The notes below the pieces were generated by a model. The model was not told the DNA's origin. It made no database searches and saw nothing but the letters and a program-made list of their open reading frames with translations. A stretch of 64,000 nt of DNA from Thermoplasmata archaeon (GTDB taxonomy: Archaea; Thermoplasmatota; Thermoplasmata; GCA-020350865): the NCBI GenBank assembly GCA_020348445.1, contig CP070751.1:2273153-2337152 (forward strand), read 5' to 3'. The position numbers and the translations under genes were made by a program. Positions 18,369-28,200 of this stretch are shown here, piece by piece (position 1 is the first letter of the stretch; the number at the start of each line of letters is the position of its first letter).

Positions 18369-19877
18369 ATGAAGATAGTTGCAAAACGATTACCACTTTA
18401 CACAGGAGGACCTGACATTGTGGTCATGGGAAAAGAGCATGCAGCAGAACTTGATCTTCACCCAATGGATCGAGTGCATGTAACAAATCCTAATAATCAG
18501 TCCAAGTCCTTGACCGCATATTTACATTTCTGGCATGAAGCAAATCCTGTTCTGGGTGTATTCGCTAACACATTCGATAAGCTGGAGATAGAAGACGGGG
18601 AAACTGTATCAATATTTCCCGCACCCAAACCCAGTTCCATCGCACACATTATAAACAAAATGAACAGAATGCAGCTTTCGGAGAAGCAGATATTTGAGAT
18701 TATAAGGGACATTGTTGACAACAAACTCACAGACCTGGAAATAGCCTCTTTCATAACTTCCATATATATGGGTGGAACCACTTTAGACGAAGCTACGTAC
18801 CTTTCCAAGGCAATTGCCAAGACGGGAGATACTCTTTCCTTTGATGCCGATATAATCGCAGATAAACACTGCTCGGGCTCGGTTCCAGGGAACAGGACCA
18901 CACCCATCGTGGTGCCGGTCATTGCCGCTTTAGGGATTACAATTCCAAAATCCTCATCTCGCTCCATAACCTCCCCCGCAGGAACTGCAGATGTAATGGA
19001 AGTGTTCTGCCAGGTGTCTTTTGATAAAGATGAAATCAAGAAGATAGTTTCAAAGACCAATGGATGTATTATCTGGGGAGGAGGACTCAGAATAGCCCCC
19101 GCCGACTCAAAGCTGATTTCAGTGCGTAAACCATTAAAAGCCGATCCAGAGGGACTACTTATGTCCTCCATATTGTCAAAGAAATACGCAATGGGCGCGA
19201 CACATGTAATACTTGATATTCCCCTTGGCCTTGAAACGCGATACAAGAACATTGGGGAGGCAAGGCTGCTTGAGAGGGAAACCATCATGATTGCCAATAG
19301 ACTAGGGATGAAGGCGAAGGTGGTGATCACAGACGGGGACGAGCCCATAGGAAGCGGCATCGGTCCTGTATTGGAGGCCATTGATGTGCTGAAAGTCCTG
19401 CGAAACGATGACGACGCACCTTCGGATCTTCGAAAAAAGGCTCTCCTTGTTGGAGGAAAGCTGCTTGAGCTCATAGGCCTTGAGAAATTCGATTTTGAGG
19501 GCAATGGTGCCGATCTCATGAGCTCCGTTTTATCAAGTGGCAAGGCTTATGAGAAATTTAAACAGATAATAGAGGCGCAAAAAGGAGACCCCGAGGTCAC
19601 TGTTGAGCAACTTAGAAAACGATTATCGGAACACACATTCGATATCGAAGCTGACAGCTTTGGAATGATATACGATATACAGAATCCGGTTGTAGCCAAG
19701 GTTGCAAGAATGGCTGGAGCTCCTCAGAATTCAGGATGCGGAATTTATTTTCATTATAAATTTCAGGATGCCGTTTCCGCTGGGGATGTATTGGCCACGG
19801 TCTACTGCGGAAATCCTGATAAATTGAGGCGAACAAAGAGAACCTTGGAATCTAATAAGATGATATTCATCAAGTGA
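18369..19877 (+). CDS. deoA: AMP phosphorylase (thymidine/pyrimidine-nucleoside phosphorylase family, long archaeal form)
   Basis: N-terminal extra domain (A.ELDLHPMDRV), DKHCSGSVPGNRTT, IPKSSSRSITSPAGTADVMEV, WGG.L.IAPAD, SILSKK, PIGSGIGPVLEA; 502 aa. Confidence 0.85.
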   Translation: MKIVAKRLPLYTGGPDIVVMGKEHAAELDLHPMDRVHVTNPNNQSKSLTAYLHFWHEANPVLGVFANTFDKLEIEDGETVSIFPAPKPSSIAHIINKMNRMQLSEKQIFEIIRDIVDNKLTDLEIASFITSIYMGGTTLDEATYLSKAIAKTGDTLSFDADIIADKHCSGSVPGNRTTPIVVPVIAALGITIPKSSSRSITSPAGTADVMEVFCQVSFDKDEIKKIVSKTNGCIIWGGGLRIAPADSKLISVRKPLKADPEGLLMSSILSKKYAMGATHVILDIPLGLETRYKNIGEARLLERETIMIANRLGMKAKVVITDGDEPIGSGIGPVLEAIDVLKVLRNDDDAPSDLRKKALLVGGKLLELIGLEKFDFEGNGADLMSSVLSSGKAYEKFKQIIEAQKGDPEVTVEQLRKRLSEHTFDIEADSFGMIYDIQNPVVAKVARMAGAPQNSGCGIYFHYKFQDAVSAGDVLATVYCGNPDKLRRTKRTLESNKMIFIK

Positions 19878-20070
19878 CGTAAAAGCTCTGGATTTTGACA
19901 AGGAGTTTTTCAATCAAAGGATTATAGGTTGTTTTAATAGAACCTAAAAATGGATTTGAAAAATTTAAAAAAAAAGAAGGTTTGGGAGAGAGGAGCATCT
20001 CTAATACGTTGGAATGAAAATTTGTAATTACCGATACTAACAAACAATAGATAGTATCATTTTATTAACG

Positions 20071-20235
20071 TTATTTCTTATGAGCCACGCAGTACTTTGA
20101 CCTGCCCGATGCATAACTCTTGCACCTTTTACCAGCTTTGGTCTTAGCTGCGCATTTCGCTTTCTTCTTTGTACCTTTTTTAGCGGTCTTCTTCTTTGTT
20201 GTCTTCTTCTTTTTACCTTTCTTTTTCTTTGGCAA
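20071..20235 (-). CDS. 54-aa Lys-rich protein with C-x9-C-x10-C-x2-H (DUF5763-like) zinc finger; below the ORF-track cutoff
   Basis: Hand translation: MPKKKKGKKKKTTKKKTAKKGTKKKAKCAAKTKAGKRCKSYASGRSKYCVAHKK*. TTG start 6 nt after AGGTGA; stop TAA at 20071-20073. Confidence 0.8.
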   Translation of the reverse strand: MPKKKKGKKKKTTKKKTAKKGTKKKAKCAAKTKAGKRCKSYASGRSKYCVAHKK

Positions 20236-20317
20236 GTTACATCACCTATCAGGGGGAAATGATTTATGGTTTAATATTCTTTTGCAGAGAATTTAAAATT
20301 TTTATTATTTTCAGGAA

Positions 20318-20977
20318 TCAACATCCGCAAATAAAAGCATCATCAAACACTTCTTCATCCAATAGATCTCCAATACGGTAATAATTGATATATTTCACCC
20401 ATTCAGAATGAGGGATAGCAAATTGCGATTTTTCAATTTCCCATATCATAGAATCTATTACGCCATCAATTGTTCTGATTTTTTCGTCAACGAATTTACC
20501 TGCCTGTTTTATATTGGGCGCAAGTAATGTGAAAATAATATCATCTTGGTATGAAAAGAAAGTATAAGCAAGAAAAGTAATTGCAGCTTCGTCTGTTGCC
20601 GCAAAATCTCTAAGATACTTAAATACAGATTCTGTTTTTTCGGGTTTTATATCCAGGGTTACAGAAAAGCGTCCCCAGGATTCGAGATCAACGTAATCTG
20701 GTATTTTAAAGAAATTGGGTGTGAAAAGCTGAATGATCTGCAGGTCCCAAACACCATCCATTTTCAGTAAAAACTCGGTAAACAATCTTGGAAGTGATTC
20801 AAAATCCTTGACATCGAACATCATATTGATATCTGAGTGAGTATAACATCTATCTGTATATAACAATTTAACCTGTTTAAATAGTTGCCAATCCCTCAAT
20901 TCCTTGTATTTCTCATTTATCCGCTCAAAAATATCTTCTTTGCCTGCCTCAACATCTATCATCACAATTGTCATCAT
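20318..20977 (-). CDS. Protein with two tandem Lrp/AsnC-like ligand-binding (RAM) domains, no HTH
   Basis: Two repeats of a beta-alpha-beta-beta-alpha-beta pattern: TIVMIDVEAGKE...DINMMFDVKDFESL..LFTEFLLKMDGVWD and FSVTLDIKPEK...DIIFTLLAPNIKQA..FVDEKIRTIDGVID. Confidence 0.55.
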   Translation of the reverse strand: MMTIVMIDVEAGKEDIFERINEKYKELRDWQLFKQVKLLYTDRCYTHSDINMMFDVKDFESLPRLFTEFLLKMDGVWDLQIIQLFTPNFFKIPDYVDLESWGRFSVTLDIKPEKTESVFKYLRDFAATDEAAITFLAYTFFSYQDDIIFTLLAPNIKQAGKFVDEKIRTIDGVIDSMIWEIEKSQFAIPHSEWVKYINYYRIGDLLDEEVFDDAFICGC

Positions 20978-21327
20978 CTTAATTGCCTCCCCTGGCCTTT
21001 TTTACTTGGGGCCGTATGCCGTACTTTTAAATATAATTTTCGCATTATTAACTCACGAGTTCCTCAACTGGATTTTTATGAGAATATGAAGATTCCAAAT
21101 TATTCTATATTCTCATCAACCCAGACCTTGAGCACCTCTTGAAGCTTCTCTTTCTTTTCAGAATCGAAGTCTTTAGAGTGCCTGAGATCAAGTGGTCAAC
21201 TTGGAAAAGGAGGTTTTTGTTCAACTTAACCCACGATTCGTTGACTATTATTTCTCCCTGCCATACAAAAGATTTATGAACTTAATTCGTTATTATCCAG
21301 ATGAACCAACCCGATAGGAGGGGTAAT

Positions 21328-22125
21328 ATGAAAAATATGCAAAAGAACATATTAGCAATATCCTTGGTATGTGCGCTCTTTATTGCCATTTCATTGACTG
21401 GATGTCTTGATGACAATGGTGGCGGCAAAAGGGAGGAAGAAAGTGATAAAATAACACCTCCTGATTATAAAATCGGTGACACTTGGACAGCAAAAAATAC
21501 TCCGGAAGAGGGAGAGCCATTTACCATGACCCTCACTGTAACGAGTGAATCCTACTTGTATGAAGGCGAAACTGTTATGATTCTTTCAGTTGAATATTTT
21601 ATGGAAGAATATGTCGAGGAGAACAGTGGGCTCACTTTTAACGATACCACAGGTTCTGGAACGGCATATGCAGAGAAGACTTATAGTGAAATAATTTATA
21701 TGGAAATAGATATGACCACCCAGATAAAATACCAAGGCTCCGATGAATGGCACGATGTCGAAATGGAGCAGAAAAGCACTTTCCAACATGAAGGGAACGA
21801 ACCTTCTAAGCCCTCCATCGGGGATACTTGGACTATAACAGAAACTGAAGACTATGAATATACAGTATGGATGGATGGTCAGAAGATTTCTAATGAATCA
21901 GATTCAAAGACAAAAACAAAAAACTATGAAGTATTGGGGAAGAAAAATGTCACTGTCGAAGCAGGTAAATTCGATTGCTTTGAAATAAGATTCGATATAG
22001 TCGAGGAGGATTCCTACACCATTGAATATTACTCTCCTGATGCAAAAATAGACGTAAAGACAGTAGAGTACGAAGATTCCAATATCATCAACATTATTGA
22101 GTTAATCTCATACGATGTTTCATAG
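21328..22125 (+). CDS. Archaeal lipoprotein with internal duplication
   Basis: Lipobox ...FIAISLTGC; repeated PDYKIGDTWT / SKPSIGDTWT; KNVTVEAGKFDCFEI motif. Confidence 0.7.
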   Translation: MKNMQKNILAISLVCALFIAISLTGCLDDNGGGKREEESDKITPPDYKIGDTWTAKNTPEEGEPFTMTLTVTSESYLYEGETVMILSVEYFMEEYVEENSGLTFNDTTGSGTAYAEKTYSEIIYMEIDMTTQIKYQGSDEWHDVEMEQKSTFQHEGNEPSKPSIGDTWTITETEDYEYTVWMDGQKISNESDSKTKTKNYEVLGKKNVTVEAGKFDCFEIRFDIVEEDSYTIEYYSPDAKIDVKTVEYEDSNIINIIELISYDVS

Positions 22126-22253
22126 TAAAAAAATCGATTAGACAAAAAAAAATGTAACCTTAGTATTTCATTCGCAATTTTGATCTTTATTCAAAATAAT
22201 CATATGGTATTACACTTAAAAACCCAATGTGACCTTCAATTCCCTTTGGATCA

Positions 22254-25200
22254 TCATTTTTCTTCCTCGTCGACCTTTATCTCCACCACATCATTGAGAT
22301 CGTCCTCAATAGATGATGCTTTTCCATCCCTCTCCAAGGCTTTCAGTTCGAATAAATAATCGTCAATCTTCTTATCCAAAATTAGAAAGTGATTTTCCTC
22401 AAGTTTACCATCCTTGACATGACCTTTGATCTCTTCCCTGAGGGAGATCAGTTCTTTCTCGCAGGTCATGTAATCGTCCTTATATTCTTTGAATATCTCA
22501 TCTATCTTTTCCAAATATCCGCGAAGCTTGCCACGCTTCTTTCTTAGTGATAAAAATCCAAACATGAATAAAAGGATCGATGCAATAATTGTCAATCCAG
22601 TGACTATCGGTTCCATGGTCTCCCAGGTAATTCCCTCCGCTTTTACTTTTGTTTCACCAGTTATGAATGACCAATTATAATTGTCATCCAAGCTGATACT
22701 ATTTAAATTCTTTGCATTTGTGGAAATGCTCACATTGTATTGGGTCTTGGCGGTTAAAGGAGCATTAGGCGTAAATATAAGGGTGGTTCCCTCCCACGTG
22801 AAAACACCGCTTACAGCCGGAGTTATGGAAAATGCATCTTCAGTATCATCTTTATTCATTGGCTCACTAAACGAAATCGAGATGGTGGTATCCATGGGTA
22901 CATTTGTTCCTGTAGGTTTCCAGGAATTATCCAAGGCATATGGATGGATCACACCAGCAGCTGATTCCGTGGTAAATTTCCAGCTGTACTCTGAGATTAA
23001 GCCATTTCCTGTTAGATCACTGGCATTTGTGCTTATATTAATTATGTATTGAGTGTCATATTGCAGATTATTGCTTAGGGTAAATATCATGGTATTTCCA
23101 CTCCAGGAAAAAGTACCTGGGATTTCCGGAGAAATCGAAAATGCACCCTGAGAGTTTGTGTGATTCATTTCCTCACTGAAAACAATTGTTATGGTTGTGA
23201 CTATGGGGATATTGTCACCAGTGGGGGATTTATCAATTATCGTTGGTGGAATATCTGTTGTTGACCTAAATACGATGCTTTTTTCCTCGGATAACACCCC
23301 CTCCCCTTCTAAGTTTTTTGCAGAGACTTTATAGTAATATGTGATGCCGTTGGTTACATCTATGTCATTATAAAACAATACATTAGATATCTCCTCCAAA
23401 AATGTCTCTGTACCGGGATTATATCCCCTATATATTCTGTAATTTGTAATGGGAGATTTACCGCTTGAAGTGGGAGCATTCCAGGTCAATCGTATGTAAG
23501 AATCCGTGGACTCTGCCTGGATATTCTGGGGGACCGAGGGTGTGGCCACCAAGGTGGTCTCGTTGGGGCTGTTGGATGTTGAGCCTAAGTTATCCAGTTC
23601 ATCATAAGATTTAATTGCAAACCAGAACCTGGTGCCATGGCTGAAACCCGAGACAATATGGTACTCTGTGCTACCTGCACTTTGGGGAGTCCAACTCTGC
23701 ACATATGTTGCTGAAACATCCCAATTTGCATCGGTGATTGATCCTGTTGTCGAATATTTTACAATATATCCAGAAGCAGAACCTATACTACCGTTATCAC
23801 TTGGCGCGGTCCATGTCAGGTTGATGGAATCGAATGAGGGATTTAGTGCAGTCAAATCATTTATGGGAGTAGGGGGGCTGCTGTCAACAGTAAATTGCCA
23901 GGATATCATAATGAGGTTATCGAAAATATCCATAACCCAAAGGGATACTGTGTGCAATCCATCATCGAGTTCGATTGCGGGTGTATATGATACACCACTT
24001 TGTGTAACTGTTGTAGAGGATGTTACATTTATTCCATCAATTTCAAGCAATACACTATTTTCGTTTATCCCAGCAGGATCGCTATAACTGCAATTGATTG
24101 TTATTAAATTGTTATTAGTTACATAGTCTTGGGAAGGCTGGAAATCCGAGATGGTTGGTGGATCCGACTCGACATGGGAGACGAGGGGGAAATTATCCTG
24201 CCCGCCACCGTTTAAGATATAAGGATTGTCTACTATGCCAAAAGGTGCAATAGAATCAGGTACTGTCCAGTCCATCCACCAGTTGCCCTGCGAGTTGAAA
24301 TCCCAGAGGTTACTGCCGTCATCGTAGCCCTGTATATTGACTGGATCATGGACGCTAGTGCTGCCATTGTTGTTGGCAATGTTGTTGTGATGAATGAGGT
24401 TGCTGGAAGAAGAATTGATGTAAACCGCGTAATATGAGTTATTGTTGATGTCGTTATAGGAAATGATATTCTCATTGGATGATGATGAGATATTGATTCC
24501 GAATTCGCTGTTGTTTACTATGGTATTTTGACTTATAGTGTTGCTGCTTGAGGATTTGATCATAATACCGTCGATTGTGTTTGATAGGATATCGTTGTTT
24601 GTGATCTCATTGTAATTGCTCATGGAATAAAGGAAGATTCCTGACCTGTTATTTGATGTGATCTCATTTCCAGATATGATGTTGTCGTTCGAGGAACTAA
24701 GACAGATACCGCTTTTTTTGTTTGATGTGATAGTGTTTGCCGAAATCGTGTTGTCATTGCTGAAAAGCATGAGATTGACACCATGATCTCTATTCATGGT
24801 GATGTTGTTGCCTGAGATCGTGTTATTGTTGCAACCATTAGTAAAATAGATGCCTTCATATATATTCCATGATATATTATTGCCTGAGATAATGTTGTTG
24901 CTGGATTTATGGAAGTAAATGCCACGATAATTTGAGAACACATTGTTGTTTGAGATAATATTATCATTTGAATCATGCAATTCGATGGCATTCCACGATT
25001 GATTGGTGATATTATTGCCTGAGATTGTATTGTTTGTGCTTGAAAGCCAAAAAGCAATGCCATAACCATTATATGAAATAGAGTTGCGAAAGATCGTGCT
25101 GCCGTTGGAGGACGAGAGATATATTCCATATAAAGTATCTGAAATGTGGTTGTAAGAGATCGTGTCGTTGTTGGAACTTTCGAGATGTATACCTCGGCTG

Positions 25201-28200
25201 TTTGATTTGATAATGTTTTGATATATTGCGCAATTATTTGCATGGTCTAGATATATGCCGGCATCCGATCCCCCGCTGTTTGTAATATTGAACTCTGTGA
25301 TGGTCGTTAAGTTTGCCTCGATTATAACCACATGTCCATTCCCACCCCCATCTATTACTGTTAGATTTCTATACTCACCCACGAGGTTCAGCGTCTTGTT
25401 CACTATAACATTCTCATAGTACCTTCCAATTGCTACCCATATCGTATGACCGTCCAGGGTATCAGGGTCGTCTATGGCTTCTTGTATCGAAAGGAATACC
25501 TCCAGTGTATCCAGATTGGTCACCGGATAGGCTGAAGGTAGTGTCCATCCACTGGAATTTGCCCATGGATAATGGTCTAAGTTAATTCCACCAGTTATGG
25601 GCCTGGGAATGTCCACGAACCTGTCGCCGTCGTCATTTGGTGTCGTCCAGTCGTCCCAGTGATTGCCACCTTGTGGATAGGGGAGGTTCCAGGAGTTGGT
25701 GCCATCATCATATCCATGTTGGGTGTTGGATATGAAATTGTTGTGATATATCAGGTTGCTGTTTGATCCTTCAAGGGAAATCCCTTCGTTGTTTGAAAAA
25801 ACGTTATTATTCAAAATCGTAATGCCATCTGAAGATTCGAGGCGGATTCCATATTGGGTGCTTAAACTGACATTGTTGCTAGAAATCGTGCCCCCGGTAC
25901 AACTGTTAAAGTTGATGCCGATCCTGTGATCCGATATGTTATTTTCCGTGATATTGTTGTTATTGGAATTACCGATGTAGACTGCAATATCGTTATTTTT
26001 GATTTTGTTATTCGAGATAGTGTTGTCATTGCCTTTATTTATAATATGGATTGCGCTCTGTATATTCCAGGTGATGTTGTTGCCGGAAATAGTGTTATTA
26101 TTACACCAGAGAATAAGAAAGATACCCCAATCGTTGTCCGATACATTGTTATCCAAAATATCGTTGCCTGCTGAATTACTGAGGTAGATGCCTTCATCGG
26201 TGTTGGAAACCACATCATTTCCCGAAACAGTATTATTATTGCTTGAAAGAGAGAGTAGAATTCCATTATCATTGTGCGAGATGTTGTTGTCCAGAATCTT
26301 ATTGTCGGTACTGGATGTAAATAGCACTATACCATAAATTAGGTTCCAGCTGATATTGTTTGATAGGATCGTGTTGTTGCCGGAGGAGTTGAGGTATATG
26401 CCATTATAATTATTCAAGGCTGTGTTGTTAACGATTGTGTTGCCCTTGCTGGAGTGATCCAGGCAGATGCCATCGAGATTATTCCTGATGAAGTTGTTGC
26501 CAGAAATTACGTTGTTGCTGGAAGCATCGAGGTAGATGCCATAACGATCATTCATGGTGATATCGCTGGAAGAGATCGTATTTCCATTGGAAGAATCCAG
26601 GTAAATGCCCTCCCGATTGTTCGAAGTTATATTGTTGCCAGAAATGATGTTATTACCGGAAGCATCAAGGCGGATACCAATCCCACTGTTTTCAGAGATG
26701 TTGTTGCTCGTAATAGAGCTTTCGTGGGAAGAAGAAAGGCGGATTGCGGTATTCTCGTTAAAGATCACGGTATTGTTAATAACGGTGCTGTTTATGGAAT
26801 CGTGTATTCTTATTCCGTAATCAGAAGTAAGATACCTCTGGGCGATCTCGATTTCTGAAAGCGAGCGGTTGTATATGGAGACCTCGTCTATGAGGCTGTC
26901 GATATACCTTCCACCGTAATCAGGGTTGTAACTGAAATTTACAGGATTTTCATTTAAGGCGATAAGGCTGGGATATGGATTGTCCTGATTGCCTCCGTTC
27001 TCCTCGACTCCGTTTACGAATATTCTCACAAGCCCGGTAATACAGTTGAAGGTTCCAACAATATGGGTCCATTGATTCAAGGGGATGACCGTAGAAGACC
27101 ATCTTGCTCTCCAGTCTCCATTTACATAAACATCCATTTGCGCGTAATTGCCGCTGTTAATCATCAGGTTGTATGCATAACCCTTGTAAACTATGGTCTG
27201 ATGTGTTCCGGTATAGGATTCAAGTTTGACCCACGCCTCGATGGTGATGTTCTTCGTTATATTCAGGCTGTCAGATGTGGGGATGGTGACATAATTGTTA
27301 CTTGACGCTTCGAAATCACCTGCTCTTTGGAATTTCCCAGATGCTGTGCTAACACCGTTTTCTGCTCTCCCGTCATTTCCCATTCCCGAGTAGTCAATCA
27401 CTTCGCCTGCTGCCCCGCTCCAGGATGCCTCGTCCATCTTCCAGTATCCCACGAGGCCATTTTTATCGATATATGCCCTGCCAGAGATATTGTTTCCCTG
27501 GATTGTATTATCGTGGGAGTTTTCCAGATGAATATTATCGATTTTGTTCCCGTTCAGGATATTTTGGGTAACATTGTTTTCACTGGAACTCATTAAATAT
27601 ATTCCACTTTGCCTGTTGGAACACACTGTATTGTTCGAAACAGTATTGTTTTTAGAAGAATCGAGGAGGATGCCCACATTGTTGAATCTCACATCATTGT
27701 GGATAATTTCGTTGTTTTCGGAATCAATAATTCTTATTCCGCTTGTGGGGAATTGATAAAGTCTGGCAACCTCGCTTTCTAAAAGCATGTAATTATAGAT
27801 TCTGACCTCATCGATTTTACCGTGGAAAAACCAACCTTGAAAGTACATACCAATCTGCATTGGACCTGTGCCAATATAAGCTCCAGTTGATGTATCACTT
27901 ACTTCTAATATTCCGTCTCTGTACAATCTTCTTTCTCTGGTAACACCGTCATAGGTTCCAACCCAATGATGCCATTCATTGACATCGGGATATGGAATTG
28001 CAGTAACGAGGTCATCACCCCAGAACGCAAACGTGAATGTATCTTCCACTCGATATCCAAAATGCAATCCCTCATTTTGTGCTTCTACTCCATGTGAAAT
28101 AATAATATCCCCGGTACCTTTGCTTTCTCTATACGTCCAAGCCTCCAATGTAAAGGACTTCCCGACTCCCCCTATCTGCAAACTGGAACCGGCACCGACA

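Noticed and set aside
18497-19543. 348-aa minus-strand ORF
   Set aside because: Antisense shadow of AMP phosphorylase; Ser-rich, with no RBS or recognisable motif.
21099-21265. Protein-like fragment on the minus strand (...LDLRHSKDFDSEKKEKLQEVLKVWVDENIE*)
   Set aside because: Two in-frame stops upstream and no start or family match. It could be a decayed gene remnant, but support is insufficient.
24400-26700. Periodic DNA resembling a repeat array or CRISPR
   Set aside because: The periodicity comes from degenerate ~23-aa beta-helix rungs within an open frame; there are no identical repeats with unique spacers.
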